DNA of 64,000 nucleotides from NCBI RefSeq assembly GCF_055900595.2, contig NZ_CM148325.1; one strand, 5' to 3'. Shown piece by piece: positions 11,932 to 23,526 of this stretch (position 1 is its first letter; each line of letters starts with the position of its first letter). The notes under the pieces were generated by a model. It saw only the letters and a program-made list of their open reading frames with translations, ran no database searches and was not told where the DNA came from. The position numbers and the translations under genes were made by a program.

Positions 11932-12959
11932 TACGCGGCCTCCCGTTTTTTACCTGACGAAGCGGGTTTAACGGATGGCGGTGGCGTCATAAAGCGGGCA
12001 TATTTTTGCCGCCGCAGATTACGTTCCAGCGCACAACGCAGGCGTCCATCAAACACCAGCACCGCCAGCAGAACCAGGCCCGCGATAAAATCATTCCACC
12101 ATGCCGGAATGCGCAACAGCACCAGTACACTATCGATCTGCGTCAGGAACCATGCGCCGAGTACCGCACCGATGATCGCACCGGAACCGCCGAGCAAACT
12201 AATACCGCCCAGCACGCAGGCTGCAATCGCTTTCATCTCCAGCCCGGTACCGGTCTGGTTGGGAATAAAACCGATCTGCGAAGCAAACACAATCCCCGCC
12301 AGTGCCGCCATGCAGCCGTTCAACGAAAATGCCACAATTCGAATGGCTTCCGTACGAACGCCCAGTTGACGAGCGCCCTGCAAATTATCGCCCGTGGCAT
12401 AAAAACTGCGTCCAAACGCCGTCTTCGCCAGCAGCCAGGCCATAAATGCCACCAGAATTATCGTCAACCAACCAATTGCTGAAACGCCAAACAGCAGCGG
12501 GGCGGAGAGTTGTTTCAGTTCGGCGGGTAACCCCTCAATCCATTTACCGCCAGTCCACAGCAACATGATGCCCCTGTACAATCCTAATGTACCGAGCGTG
12601 GCAACAATGGCAGGGATCTTTAGCCACGCGACCAGGACACCGTTGAAAAATCCCGCGAGCAAACCAAGCAGTAAAGTCGCGACACAAGCAACAGGTAGTG
12701 AATACCCCGCGTTCAGTAACATTCCCAACAGCACTGCGCACATTCCGGTAATCGAACCTACCGAAACATCGATATTGCGCGTGAGCATCACCAGCGTCGC
12801 GCCCATTGCCAGCAGGATCAGGATTTGCGCGCTGCTATAAACCATGGTCAGCGTTTGCATACTTAAATACTGGCGGTCGAGAAAACCGGGTAATACAAAC
12901 AGCAACACCACCGCCAGCAGTGCCGTGATTTCACGGTTGTTCTGGATAAACTTCAGCAT
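11931..12959 (-). CDS. lsrC: AI-2 ABC transporter permease LsrC
   Basis: 342-aa polytopic membrane protein; overlaps the lsrA stop. Confidence 0.9.
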
Positions 12960-14488
12960 GATGCCTCCTGACGCTGACTATCGCCGAAGGCAACGCGCAT
13001 AATGGTCTCGACATTAATATCGCGTCCGGTCAGTGCAGAGTGGGCAATTTCGCCCTGATGCATCACATATACGCGATCTGCCATCAGTTCGATCTCTTCC
13101 AGATCAGAGGAGATAAGCAGCACAGCCACATTTTGTGCGGCGATGCTGCGCAACAGCTGGTAGATATCATTACGGGCCGAGACATCCACGCCGCGCGTCG
13201 GCTCATCGACAATCAAAACTTGCGGCGAAGCTTCCAGACATTTGGCAATCAGGATTTTTTGCTGGTTGCCGCCGGATAAGGTCCGCGCAGCTTGTTCCGG
13301 TTGGTTAAATTTAATATTCAGCGCCCGACGATAACGTTCCAGTGTGGCGTTATCTTTCGCGGTTTTCGCCCAGAATCCACGAAGGTTATGAGTAAGGGCG
13401 CAGACATTCCAGGCCAGCGAAGCATCGAGATTCAGTCCGGATGACTGGCGATCTTCCGGCAGATAAACCAGACCGCGCAGTAAACGTTCTCCAGTGGATA
13501 ATCTATTGATCTCTTTACCATTCAGCATAATGCGTCCGCCACGCAAAGTACGCAGACCATAGAGCGTCTCGGCCAGTTCTGTGCGTCCGGCCCCCACCAG
13601 CCCAGCCAGACCCAGAATTTCTCCGGCATTAAGCGTCAAGCTGACATTCATAAAACCTTCGCCGGTCAGGTTTTCCAGTGTCAGCACCGGCGTTCCGGCG
13701 GCATGTTGTGGGCGGTTGCCAGGTAACTCCAGCCATAATTTTTGGCTGGCAGAGAGCGATTTTTCCCGTAGCGCTGGCGTGATGGCCTGAATAATGTCGT
13801 CGGTAGACAGTTCGCTGGTTTTGCCGCTTAAGGCGATGGTTCCGTCGCGCATCACGCTAATTCGATCGGCAATCTGGCGAATTTCCGGCAGCTTATGCGA
13901 GATAAAAACAATACCCACGCCAGTAGCAAGCAACTCTTGCAAGCGACTAAACAAACGTTCGGTTTCGGCGGGGGTAAGCGAGGCGGTAGGTTCATCGAGG
14001 ATCAGAATCCGCGAGTCGCGCATCAGCCCGCGGAGGATTTCCACCATTTGGCGATCGGCGACATCCAGCGATCCTGCCAGACTATGCAGATCAAACTGGC
14101 AGCCCAGCGCCGCCAGCAAGTTCTTCAGTTTCTGCATGGAGAGCTGTTTTTTTGCCAGCCCAAACAGAATGTTTTCTTTTATCGACAGGCTTGGGAAAAG
14201 CAGCGGTTCCTGGGGAACGAGATAAATACCCAACTGATGAGCATGAACTGGCGTTAATCTGGTGTAGTTGTTGCCCCCAATCTCCAGCGTACCGCTATCA
14301 GCAGGGGTAATACCGGCAATGATCTTCATTAACGTCGATTTACCGGCACCATTGCCGCCAAGCAGGGCGTGGACTTCCCCCTGATGCAACGTAAAATCGA
14401 TGCCTTTCAGGACATTAACCCCTGAATACTGTTTATAAACCGAGCGGGCGCAAAGTAGCGGTAACGCGCGGGTATCACTCGTTAGCAT
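12953..14488 (-). CDS. lsrA: AI-2 ABC transporter ATP-binding protein LsrA (two ABC domains)
   Basis: ORF extends to 14575, but I place the start at the Met of [23 protein letters not shown] (ATG 14486-14488), giving 511 aa as recalled; two Walker A motifs ([18 protein letters not shown]). Confidence 0.9.
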   Translation of the reverse strand: MLTSDTRALPLLCARSVYKQYSGVNVLKGIDFTLHQGEVHALLGGNGAGKSTLMKIIAGITPADSGTLEIGGNNYTRLTPVHAHQLGIYLVPQEPLLFPSLSIKENILFGLAKKQLSMQKLKNLLAALGCQFDLHSLAGSLDVADRQMVEILRGLMRDSRILILDEPTASLTPAETERLFSRLQELLATGVGIVFISHKLPEIRQIADRISVMRDGTIALSGKTSELSTDDIIQAITPALREKSLSASQKLWLELPGNRPQHAAGTPVLTLENLTGEGFMNVSLTLNAGEILGLAGLVGAGRTELAETLYGLRTLRGGRIMLNGKEINRLSTGERLLRGLVYLPEDRQSSGLNLDASLAWNVCALTHNLRGFWAKTAKDNATLERYRRALNIKFNQPEQAARTLSGGNQQKILIAKCLEASPQVLIVDEPTRGVDVSARNDIYQLLRSIAAQNVAVLLISSDLEEIELMADRVYVMHQGEIAHSALTGRDINVETIMRVAFGDSQRQEASC

Positions 14489-14519
14489 GTTTCCCCCGTT
14501 CAGTTTTGCAGGTGAGTTT

Positions 14520-14552
14520 TGAACAAATGTATTTCTGCTTTCAATTTGTTCA
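14520..14552. promoter_or_regulatory. Inverted repeat TGAACAAAT-N15-ATTTGTTCA in the lsrA-lsrR divergent region; candidate LsrR operator
   Basis: Seen directly ~30 bp upstream of the lsrA start; the lsr intergenic region is known to carry LsrR and CRP sites, but the assignment is inference. Confidence 0.3.
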
Positions 14553-14653
14553 TAAACCTTAGGTGGACATTGCACATATTTCCGACGAATAGATCACAAT
14601 TTATGCTATTTTGATTTTCACGGTTGCGTTTGTTCATGCTCGTAGAGTCAAAC

Positions 14654-14669
14654 TGTGGTTGCTATCACA
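14654..14669. promoter_or_regulatory. CRP-like site TGTGG-N6-TCACA in the lsr divergent promoter region
   Basis: Matches the TGTGA-N6-TCACA consensus with one mismatch; lsr is known to be CRP-dependent. Confidence 0.4.
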
Positions 14670-14737
14670 GATATAAATGCGCAAGAACTGAACAATTGCA
14701 TTAAAGATTTAAATATGTTCAAAGTGAAGAATGAATT

Positions 14738-15691
14738 ATGACAATCAACGATTCGGCAATTTCAGAACAGGGAATGTGTGAAGAAGAACAGGTCGCGCGG
14801 ATCGCGTGGTTTTACTATCACGACGGGCTGACCCAGAGCGAGATCAGCGAGCGTCTCGGGCTGACTCGCTTGAAAGTGTCGCGATTACTGGAAAAAGGGC
14901 ATCAGTCCGGCATTATTCGCGTGCAGATTAATTCTCGCTTTGAAGGCTGTCTGGAATATGAAACTCAATTACGTTGTCAGTTTTCGCTGCAACATGTCCG
15001 GGTGATCCCTGGGCTTGCGGATGCTGATGTCGGCGGGCGACTAGGGATAGGCGCGGCGCATATGTTGATGAGTTTACTTCAACCACAACAGATGCTGGCG
15101 ATTGGTTTTGGCGAGGCAACCATGAATACGCTGCAACGCTTAAGTGGTTTTATTTCGTCGCAGCAAATTCGCCTGGTCACGCTCTCCGGTGGCGTCGGTT
15201 CTTATATGACGGGTATCGGGCAGCTTAATGCGGCGTGCAGTGTGAATATTATTCCGGCTCCGCTGCGGGCATCCTCCGCTGACATTGCCCATACGCTAAA
15301 AAATGAAAATTGCGTCAAAGATGTTCTGTTAGCCGCACAAGCTGCGGATGTGGCGATTGTCGGCATTGGGGCCGTGAGTCAACAAGACGACGCGACGATC
15401 ATTCGCTCCGGTTATATCAGCCAGGGCGAACAGTTAATGATTGGTCGAAAAGGGGCGGTTGGCAACATCTTAGGCTACTTTTTTGATGCAAAAGGTGACG
15501 TTGTCACGGATATCAAAATACATAACGAACTGATTGGCTTACCTTTAAGCGCGCTGAAGACCATTCCCGTCCGGGTTGGCGTGGCAGGGGGAGAAAATAA
15601 AGCCGAAGCCATTGCCGCTGCAATTAAAGGCGGCTATATCAACGCACTGGTTACCGATCAGGACACAGCAGCGGCGATTTTACGTAGTTAA
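14738..15691 (+). CDS. lsrR: Transcriptional repressor LsrR (SorC family)
   Basis: 317-aa ORF with N-terminal HTH and sugar-phosphate-binding C-terminal domain; divergent from lsrA. Confidence 0.9.
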   Translation: MTINDSAISEQGMCEEEQVARIAWFYYHDGLTQSEISERLGLTRLKVSRLLEKGHQSGIIRVQINSRFEGCLEYETQLRCQFSLQHVRVIPGLADADVGGRLGIGAAHMLMSLLQPQQMLAIGFGEATMNTLQRLSGFISSQQIRLVTLSGGVGSYMTGIGQLNAACSVNIIPAPLRASSADIAHTLKNENCVKDVLLAAQAADVAIVGIGAVSQQDDATIIRSGYISQGEQLMIGRKGAVGNILGYFFDAKGDVVTDIKIHNELIGLPLSALKTIPVRVGVAGGENKAEAIAAAIKGGYINALVTDQDTAAAILRS

Positions 15692-15769
15692 ATTTGCATG
15701 ACCTTATTACCGGGAATGATGGAGAACGTATAGAGGAACAGACAGAACGCATAAGCCGAGGATAATCTA

Positions 15770-17362
15770 ATGGCTCGACTCTTTACCCCTTCAGAATCAA
15801 AGTACTACCTGATGGCGCTGGATGCAGGCACCGGAAGTATTCGGGCTGTGATATTCGACCTGGAAGGCAATCAAATAGCAGTGGGACAGGCGGAGTGGCG
15901 GCATCTGGCAGTACCGGACGTTCCTGGTTCTATGGAATTTGATCTCAACAAAAACTGGCAACTGGCATGTGAGTGTATGCGCCAGGCGCTGCACAACGCC
16001 GGCATAGCCCCGGAGTATATCGCTGCCGTTTCGGCATGTTCGATGCGCGAAGGCATTGTTTTATATAACAATGAAGGAACACCGATCTGGGCCTGCGCCA
16101 ATGTGGATGCCAGAGCGGCGCGCGAAGTTAGCGAACTTAAAGAACTGCACAACAATACCTTTGAAAACGAAGTTTATCGCGCCACCGGACAAACGCTGGC
16201 TTTAAGCGCTATTCCCAGATTACTTTGGCTGGCGCACCATCGTTCTGATATCTACCGACAGGCGTCGACCATCACCATGATCAGCGACTGGCTGGCCTAT
16301 ATGCTCAGCGGTGAACTGGCGGTGGATCCCTCTAACGCTGGCACCACGGGACTTCTTGATCTAACCACCCGTGACTGGAAACCTGCATTGCTGGATATGG
16401 CCGGACTGCGGGCCGATATTCTTTCTCCTGTCAAAGAAACCGGCACATTGCTGGGCGTGGTAAGTTCACAAGCGGCGGAACTCTGCGGTCTGAAGGCGGG
16501 CACTCCGGTGGTCGTTGGAGGAGGCGACGTGCAACTTGGTTGCCTGGGGTTAGGCGTTGTCCGTCCGGCACAAACCGCTGTTCTTGGCGGTACATTCTGG
16601 CAGCAAGTTGTAAACTTAGCCGCGCCGGTGACAGACCCAGAAATGAACGTGCGCGTTAATCCTCATGTTATTCCTGGCATGGTACAAGCTGAATCTATAA
16701 GCTTTTTTACCGGACTCACCATGCGCTGGTTCCGCGATGCTTTCTGTGCCGAAGAAAAACTGATTGCCGAACGTTTAGGCATCGACACCTATACGTTGCT
16801 GGAAGAGATGGCAAGTCGTGTGCCGCCTGGGTCGTGGGGCGTAATGCCGATATTCTCCGACAGAATGCGCTTTAAAACCTGGTATCACGCTGCGCCTTCC
16901 TTTATTAATTTGTCTATTGATCCGGATAAATGTAACAAAGCGACATTGTTCCGTGCGCTGGAAGAAAATGCGGCGATTGTATCAGCGTGTAACTTGCAGC
17001 AAATCGCTGATTTCTCGAATATTCATCCTTCATCGTTAGTCTTTGCAGGCGGAGGTTCAAAAGGGAAATTATGGAGTCAAATTCTCGCTGATGTCTCGGG
17101 ATTACCCGTCAATATTCCGGTGGTCAAAGAAGCCACCGCATTAGGATGTGCCATTGCAGCTGGCGTCGGTGCCGGAATTTTTTCATCAATGGCAGAAACC
17201 GGAGAACGCCTGGTTCGCTGGGAACGGACGCACACACCAGACCCGGAAAAGCATGAACTTTATCAGGATTCACGCGATAAGTGGCAGGCTGTTTATCAGG
17301 ATCAGCTGGGGCTGGTTGATCATGGACTGACGACGTCGTTATGGAAAGCGCCTGGGTTATAG
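15770..17362 (+). CDS. lsrK: Autoinducer-2 kinase LsrK (FGGY carbohydrate kinase family)
   Basis: 530-aa ORF of the FGGY kinase family directly downstream of lsrR. Confidence 0.9.
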   Translation: MARLFTPSESKYYLMALDAGTGSIRAVIFDLEGNQIAVGQAEWRHLAVPDVPGSMEFDLNKNWQLACECMRQALHNAGIAPEYIAAVSACSMREGIVLYNNEGTPIWACANVDARAAREVSELKELHNNTFENEVYRATGQTLALSAIPRLLWLAHHRSDIYRQASTITMISDWLAYMLSGELAVDPSNAGTTGLLDLTTRDWKPALLDMAGLRADILSPVKETGTLLGVVSSQAAELCGLKAGTPVVVGGGDVQLGCLGLGVVRPAQTAVLGGTFWQQVVNLAAPVTDPEMNVRVNPHVIPGMVQAESISFFTGLTMRWFRDAFCAEEKLIAERLGIDTYTLLEEMASRVPPGSWGVMPIFSDRMRFKTWYHAAPSFINLSIDPDKCNKATLFRALEENAAIVSACNLQQIADFSNIHPSSLVFAGGGSKGKLWSQILADVSGLPVNIPVVKEATALGCAIAAGVGAGIFSSMAETGERLVRWERTHTPDPEKHELYQDSRDKWQAVYQDQLGLVDHGLTTSLWKAPGL

Positions 17363-17371
17363 TTTCATTGA

Positions 17372-17406
17372 CAGCCACATCATGATGACTGTGGCTGTTA
17401 GTTTTT
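17372..17406 (+). terminator. Rho-independent terminator after lsrK
   Basis: Hairpin CAGCCACA-loop-TGTGGCTG followed by TTAGTTTTT. Confidence 0.5.
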
Positions 17407-17891
17407 GAGTATTGGTATTCTTATTTCCCTTCTTTAGAGCTGGCTTGTTAAATGCCAGCTTGCAGATTCATCGTTCCATCACCAGTACTATATTCAAGGG
17501 AAAATTGCTATTTTTCTTAAAGCATTAAGCATAACCCTTATTTTATAGCGAATATTCCTAAAGGCATTAATGGATGAAAAAGGGTTTTAATAAACTTCTG
17601 TTTTTAGCAATTAGTGCTATTCTTTGTTAAATATGATGATGATAATCTTCTTATTGAAAGAAACAGTTTTCTTATTAAGCAACAATAACTCATGGTTCAT
17701 TTTTAAATAAAATAAGAACTATGCAATTTTTAATCTATCGATTCGAAAGTATTAGCAAATTAGCCAAATTGACACCTTCCCACCTCCAACCAACACTCAA
17801 TACAGACCTCTGACAACTTAATAAGTTTCATTTTTAACGTCTGATGACTCATCTCTTTCGTGGCTGTATTGTTTGTATATGGAGCGTTTAT

Positions 17892-20800
17892 ATGAATAGA
17901 ATCTATCGCGTGATATGGAATTGCACCCTACAGGTATTTCAGGCCTGCTCGGAATTAACTCGCAGGGTAGGTAAAACATCAACGGTTAATTTGCGTAAAT
18001 CCTCTGGATTGACAACGAAATTCAGTAGATTGACGCTGGGTGTTTTGCTGGCACTAAGCGGTTCAGCGTCTGGTGCGAGTCTGGAAGTTGATAATGGTCA
18101 GATTACCAATATTAATACTGATGTTGCTTACGATGCCTACCTGGTTGGGTGGTATGGCACTGGAGTGCTTAATATTTTGGCTGGCGGTAATGCCTCCTTA
18201 ACCACTATTACTACCAGCGTCATTGGTGGTAATGAGGACTCAGAGGGCACCGTTAACGTTTTGGGTGGCACCTGGCGATTGTATGATAGCGGAAATAATG
18301 CAAGGCCTTTAAATGTGGGTCAATCCGGAACGGGGACGCTGAATATTAAACAGAAGGGTCACGTTGACGGAGGATATTTAAGGATAGGTTCTTCGACAGG
18401 AGGCGTCGGGACGGTCAATGTTGAAGGAGAGGACTCGGTTCTGACGACCGAATTATTCGAAATAGGGAGTTACGGTACAGGCTCATTAAATATTACGGAT
18501 AAGGGTTACGTCACGAGTTCAATAGTCGCCATTGTAGGATATCAGGCGAACAGTAATGGTAAGGTTGTCGTTGAAAAGGGTGGCGAGTGGCTAATAAAAA
18601 ATAATGATTCCTCAATTGAATTTCAAATTGGTAATCAAGGGACGGGCGAAGCAACTATTCGCGATGGGGGGCTAATTACGGCTGAAAATACGATTATCGG
18701 TGGCAACCTCACCGGTATCGGAACCCTGAATGTGCAGGATCAAGACTCTGTCATCACGGTACGCAGACTCTATAATGGATATTTCGGTAATGGCACAGTC
18801 AATATTTCCAATAATGGACTGATTAATAATAAAGAATATTCATTGGTGGGCGTTCAGGACGGGTCCCACGGTGTCGTCAACGTGACCGATAAAGGGCATT
18901 GGAATTTCCTCGGAACGGGCGAAGCTTTCCGCTATATCTATATCGGTGATGCTGGCGACGGTGAACTTAATGTCTCGAGTGAAGGCAAAGTAGATTCGGG
19001 AATTATCACTGCGGGGATGAAAGAAACAGGCACAGGCAACATTACTGTTAAGGATAAGAACTCCGTTATCACTAATCTCGGAACTAATCTTGGTTATGAC
19101 GGCCACGGCGAAATGAATATCAGTAATGAGGGGGTTGTTGTCAGCAACGGAGGAAGCTCACTCGGTTATGGAGAAACCGGCGTCGGGAAGGTTAGCATCA
19201 CCACGGGGGGGATGTGGGAGGTCAATAAGAATGTCTATACCACTATTGGTGTTGCGGGCGTCGGAAACCTCAATATCAGCGATGGCGGTAAGTTCGTATC
19301 GCAAAATATTACTTTTTTGGGCGATAAAGCAAGCGGTATCGGCACACTGAACCTGATGGATGCGACATCATCGTTCGATACTGTAGGTATCAATATCGGT
19401 AATTTTGGTAGCGGCATCGTAAATGTCAGTAATGGTGCCACCCTTAATTCAACGGGCTATGGATTTATCGGAGGAAATGCCTCCGGTAAGGGGATAGTTA
19501 ATATTTCAACGGATAGTCTCTGGAATTTAAAAACGTCATCTACTAACGCCCAATTGCTACAGGTCGGTGTATTAGGCACGGGTGAACTGAATATTACCAC
19601 CGGAGGTATAGTTAAAGCGCGTGATACACAGATAGCTCTCAATGACAAAAGTAAGGGCGACGTGCGGGTGGATGGGCAGAACTCTCTTCTTGAAACATTC
19701 AATATGAACGTAGGGACGACTGGCACAGGTACGTTAACCCTGACGAATAACGGCACGCTGAATGTCGAAGGTGGAGAAGTTTACTTAGGTGTTTTTGAGC
19801 CTGCTGTAGGAACGCTAAACATTGGTGCTGCCCACGGTGAGGCTGCGGCAGATGCCGGGTTTATCACCAATGCGACGAAGGTGGAGTTCGGTCTTGGCGA
19901 AGGCGTTTTTGTCTTTAATCACACCAATAACAGCGATGCCGGTTACCAGGTCGACATGCTGATTACAGGTGACGATAAAGACGGAAGAGTGATGCATGAT
20001 GCAGGCCATACTGTGTTCAATGCAGGGAATACTTATAGCGGTAAAACGCTGGTCAATGACGGCCTCCTGACTATTGCGTCACATACGGCAGATGGGGTAA
20101 CAGGCATGGGTTCGAGTGAAGTAACCATTGCAAGCCCCGGTACGCTCGACATTCTCGCATCAACGAACAGCGCAGGAGATTACACGCTGACCAATGCGCT
20201 CAAAGGCGATGGCTTGATGCGAGTGCAGCTGTCATCCTCCGACAAAATGTTTGGCTTTACCCATGCAACAGGAACTGAATTCGCCGGTGTTGCCCAACTG
20301 AAAGACAGTACCTTCACACTGGAACGCGACAACACCGCTGCGCTTACTCACGCGATGCTTCAGTCTGACAGTGAAAATACCACATCGGTAAAAGTGGGAG
20401 AGCAATCCATTGGTGGACTAGCCATGAATGGCGGTACGCTCACTTTCGATACGGATATACCTGCTGCGACGCTTGCGGAGGGATATATCAGCGTCGATAC
20501 ACTGGTTGTCGGCGCGGGTGACTACACCTGGAAAGGCCGTAACTATCAGGTAAACGGGACGGGCGACGTGCTTATCGACGTGCCTAAACCGTGGAATGAT
20601 CCCATGGCGAATAACCCTCTGACTACGCTCAATTTGCTGGAACACGATGATAGCCATGTCGGCGTTCAACTGGTGAAGGCGCAAACGGTTATTGGGTCGG
20701 GTGGCTCATTAACGTTACGTGATTTACAGGGTGACGAGGTGGAAGCGGACAAAACGTTACACATTGCACAAAACGGAACAGTGGTCGCCGAGGGTGATTA

Positions 20801-23312
20801 TGGATTCCGACTCACGACCGCACCTGGTGATGGTTTGTATGTTAACTATGGGCTGAAAGCGCTGAACATCCATGGTGGGCAAAAGCTGACGTTAGCCGAA
20901 CATGGCGGAGCCTATGGCGCAACGGCCGATATGTCGGCAAAAATCGGTGGTGAAGGGGATCTGGCAATCAATACGGTGCGACAGGTTTCGCTTTCCAACG
21001 GTCAGAACGACTATCAGGGGGCAACCTATGTTCAGATGGGGACATTACGTACCGATGCGGATGGCGCGCTGGGCAATACTCGGGAACTGAACATCAGCAA
21101 CGCGGCCATCGTCGATCTTAATGGATCGGAGCAGACGGTAGAGACATTCACCGGGCTGATGGGTTCGACTATTTTGTTCAAAGAAGGTTCGCTGACGGTG
21201 AATAAAGGTGGGATCAGTCAGGGCGAACTGACAGGTGGCGGAAACCTGAATGTTACAGGGGGAACACTGGCTATCGAGGGGCTTAATGCACGCTACAATG
21301 CGTTAACCAGCATTAGCCCAAATGCGGAAGTCAGCCTCGACAATACGCAGGGGTTAGGCAGAGGGAATATTGCCAATGACGGTCTGTTAACGCTAAAAAA
21401 CGTGACCGGCGAACTGCGCAATAGCATAAGCGGTAAAGGTATCGTGAGCGCAACCGCCAGCACAGACGTAGAGCTGGATGGCGATAATAGCCGCTTTGTG
21501 GGGCAATTCAACATCGATGCAGGCAGCGCGCTCAGCGTCAACGAGCAGAAAAACCTGGGTGATGCTTCCGTTATCAATAATGGCCTGCTCACCATCGCCA
21601 CTGAGCGTAGCTGGGCGATGACGCACAGTATCACCGGTAGCGGCGATGTGACAAAACTGGGGACCGGGATCCTGACTCTTAACAACGATTCCGCGGCGTA
21701 TCAGGGTACGACGGATATCGTGGGTGGTGAAATTGCTTTCGGTTCCGACTCTGCCATTAATATGGCAAGTCAGCACATTAATATCCATAACAGCGGTGTG
21801 ATGTCGGGAAATGTCACCACTGCAGGTGATGTGAACGTTATGCCTGGGGGGACACTGCGTGTCGCCAAAACCACTATCGGCGGCAATCTGGAGAATGGTG
21901 GCACGGTTCAAATGAATAGCGAAGGGGGGAAACCGGGGAATGTACTGACCGTTAACGGCAACTATACCGGAAACAATGGCCTGATGACGTTCAACGCGAC
22001 GCTGGGCGGCGATAATTCACCCACGGATAAAATGAACGTGAAAGGCGATACCCAAGGGAACACTCGCGTTCGGGTTGATAACATTGGCGGCGTCGGTGCA
22101 CAAACGGTCAACGGTATTGAACTCATTGAGGTTGGCGGTAATTCTGCAGGTAACTTCGCGCTGACCACCGGAACTGTCGAAGCTGGGGCTTACGTCTACA
22201 CACTGGCTAAAGGGAAGGGGAATGACGAGAAAAACTGGTATCTAACCAGTAAATGGGAAGGCGTAACGCCACCGGATACACCCGATCCCATCAATAATCC
22301 TCCTGCTGTGGATCCGGAAGGCCCATCAGTTTATCGCCCGGAGGCCGGAAGCTATATCAGCAACATTGCCGCAGCCAACTCGCTGTTTAGCCATCGTTTA
22401 CACGACCGTCTGGGTGAGCCGCAGTATACAGATTCACTGCATTCTCAGGGTTCGGCAAGCAGTATGTGGATGCGTCATGTCGGAGGGCACGAACGTTCAA
22501 GGGCCGGTGACGGTCAGCTAAATACTCAGGCTAACCGCTATGTATTGCAGCTAGGCGGCGATTTGGCGCAGTGGAGTAGCAACGCGCAGGATCGCTGGCA
22601 TCTCGGCGTCATGGCAGGCTATGCCAATCAGCACAGTAATACTCAGAGTAATCGTGTGGGTTATAAATCGGATGGGCGCATCAGCGGTTACAGCGCTGGG
22701 ATGTACGCGACCTGGTATCAGAACGATGCGAATAAGACCGGCGCTTATGTTGACAGCTGGGCGCTGTATAACTGGTTTGATAACAGCGTCAGTTCCGATA
22801 ACCGTTCTGCTGACGACTATGATTCTCGCGGTGTGACGGCCTCTGTTGAGGGCGGATATACCTTTGAAGCGGGAACATTTAGCGGCAGCGAAGGGACGCT
22901 GAATACCTGGTACATTCAACCTCAGGCACAAATCACCTGGATGGGTGTGAAAGATTCTGACCATACCCGGAAAGACGGAACGCGCATTGAAACGGAAGGC
23001 GACGGAAACGTGCAAACGCGACTTGGGGTGAAAACCTACTTGAACAGTCATCACCAGCGTGACAATGGTAAACAGCGTGAGTTCCAGCCTTACATTGAAG
23101 CGAACTGGATCAACAACAGCAAAGTCTACGCCGTGAAGATGAATGGTCAAACCGTAAGCCGTGATGGTGCGCGTAATCTCGGTGAAGTACGTACCGGGGT
23201 TGAGGCGAAAGTAAATAACAACCTTAGCCTGTGGGGGAATGTCGGTGTGCAACTAGGTGATAAAGGCTATAGCGATACTCAGGGCATGCTGGGTGTGAAA
23301 TATAGCTGGTAA
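17892..23312 (+). CDS. AIDA-I-type autotransporter adhesin, apparently intact (corresponds to the locus I recall as the ydeK/ydeU or yneO pseudogene in K-12)
   Basis: Uninterrupted ORF 17844-23312. I place the start at MNRIYRVIWNCTLQVFQACSELTRR, an extended autotransporter signal-peptide motif. The passenger domain is highly repetitive (GTG.LNI... beta-helix repeats), and the C-terminal ~300 aa has alternating aromatic beta-strands ending in KYSW, as in a beta-barrel translocator. Confidence 0.85.
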   Translation: MNRIYRVIWNCTLQVFQACSELTRRVGKTSTVNLRKSSGLTTKFSRLTLGVLLALSGSASGASLEVDNGQITNINTDVAYDAYLVGWYGTGVLNILAGGNASLTTITTSVIGGNEDSEGTVNVLGGTWRLYDSGNNARPLNVGQSGTGTLNIKQKGHVDGGYLRIGSSTGGVGTVNVEGEDSVLTTELFEIGSYGTGSLNITDKGYVTSSIVAIVGYQANSNGKVVVEKGGEWLIKNNDSSIEFQIGNQGTGEATIRDGGLITAENTIIGGNLTGIGTLNVQDQDSVITVRRLYNGYFGNGTVNISNNGLINNKEYSLVGVQDGSHGVVNVTDKGHWNFLGTGEAFRYIYIGDAGDGELNVSSEGKVDSGIITAGMKETGTGNITVKDKNSVITNLGTNLGYDGHGEMNISNEGVVVSNGGSSLGYGETGVGKVSITTGGMWEVNKNVYTTIGVAGVGNLNISDGGKFVSQNITFLGDKASGIGTLNLMDATSSFDTVGINIGNFGSGIVNVSNGATLNSTGYGFIGGNASGKGIVNISTDSLWNLKTSSTNAQLLQVGVLGTGELNITTGGIVKARDTQIALNDKSKGDVRVDGQNSLLETFNMNVGTTGTGTLTLTNNGTLNVEGGEVYLGVFEPAVGTLNIGAAHGEAAADAGFITNATKVEFGLGEGVFVFNHTNNSDAGYQVDMLITGDDKDGRVMHDAGHTVFNAGNTYSGKTLVNDGLLTIASHTADGVTGMGSSEVTIASPGTLDILASTNSAGDYTLTNALKGDGLMRVQLSSSDKMFGFTHATGTEFAGVAQLKDSTFTLERDNTAALTHAMLQSDSENTTSVKVGEQSIGGLAMNGGTLTFDTDIPAATLAEGYISVDTLVVGAGDYTWKGRNYQVNGTGDVLIDVPKPWNDPMANNPLTTLNLLEHDDSHVGVQLVKAQTVIGSGGSLTLRDLQGDEVEADKTLHIAQNGTVVAEGDYGFRLTTAPGDGLYVNYGLKALNIHGGQKLTLAEHGGAYGATADMSAKIGGEGDLAINTVRQVSLSNGQNDYQGATYVQMGTLRTDADGALGNTRELNISNAAIVDLNGSEQTVETFTGLMGSTILFKEGSLTVNKGGISQGELTGGGNLNVTGGTLAIEGLNARYNALTSISPNAEVSLDNTQGLGRGNIANDGLLTLKNVTGELRNSISGKGIVSATASTDVELDGDNSRFVGQFNIDAGSALSVNEQKNLGDASVINNGLLTIATERSWAMTHSITGSGDVTKLGTGILTLNNDSAAYQGTTDIVGGEIAFGSDSAINMASQHINIHNSGVMSGNVTTAGDVNVMPGGTLRVAKTTIGGNLENGGTVQMNSEGGKPGNVLTVNGNYTGNNGLMTFNATLGGDNSPTDKMNVKGDTQGNTRVRVDNIGGVGAQTVNGIELIEVGGNSAGNFALTTGTVEAGAYVYTLAKGKGNDEKNWYLTSKWEGVTPPDTPDPINNPPAVDPEGPSVYRPEAGSYISNIAAANSLFSHRLHDRLGEPQYTDSLHSQGSASSMWMRHVGGHERSRAGDGQLNTQANRYVLQLGGDLAQWSSNAQDRWHLGVMAGYANQHSNTQSNRVGYKSDGRISGYSAGMYATWYQNDANKTGAYVDSWALYNWFDNSVSSDNRSADDYDSRGVTASVEGGYTFEAGTFSGSEGTLNTWYIQPQAQITWMGVKDSDHTRKDGTRIETEGDGNVQTRLGVKTYLNSHHQRDNGKQREFQPYIEANWINNSKVYAVKMNGQTVSRDGARNLGEVRTGVEAKVNNNLSLWGNVGVQLGDKGYSDTQGMLGVKYSW

Positions 23313-23321
23313 ACCGTATAA

Positions 23322-23355
23322 GCCGCATGTCGAAGATGGCATGCGGCTGCTTAAT
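23322..23355 (+). terminator. Hairpin after the autotransporter gene
   Basis: GCCGCATG-loop-CATGCGGC stem followed by a weak T-rich tract. Confidence 0.35.
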
Positions 23356-23391
23356 ATTGCCGACTTCAAACGACTTTTAAATCCTCCTTTT

Positions 23392-23409
23392 TATCCGCGA
23401 TCGCGGATA
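23392..23409. promoter_or_regulatory. HipB operator 1 (TATCC-N8-GGATA)
   Basis: Perfect match to the established HipB operator consensus TATCCN8GGATA upstream of hipB. Confidence 0.8.
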
Positions 23410-23419
23410 TCACAGTGTT

Positions 23420-23437
23420 TATCCCGTAGAGCGGATA
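23420..23437. promoter_or_regulatory. HipB operator 2 (TATCC-N8-GGATA)
   Basis: Perfect consensus match. Confidence 0.8.
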
Positions 23438-23459
23438 AGATGTGTTTCCTGATTGACTT

Positions 23460-23477
23460 TATCCCCACTAAAGGATA
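23460..23477. promoter_or_regulatory. HipB operator 3 (TATCC-N8-GGATA)
   Basis: Perfect consensus match. Confidence 0.8.
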
Positions 23478-23487
23478 AAACTGATAA

Positions 23488-23505
23488 TATCCCCTTGAAC
23501 GGATA
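23488..23505. promoter_or_regulatory. HipB operator 4 (TATCC-N8-GGATA)
   Basis: Perfect consensus match, immediately upstream of the hipB start region. Confidence 0.8.
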
Positions 23506-23526
23506 AATATGCTGTGGACGTATGAC

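Noticed and set aside
12006-14257. Plus-strand ORFs antisense to lsrC and lsrA (for example 12006-12482, 13794-14225, 13895-14257)
   Set aside because: Antisense shadows within strongly supported transporter genes; Arg/Ser/Pro-rich low-complexity translations.
18840-23252. Numerous minus-strand ORFs inside the autotransporter gene (for example 21393-21911, 22551-23252)
   Set aside because: Antisense to a long, clearly real repetitive gene; repeats generate open antisense frames.
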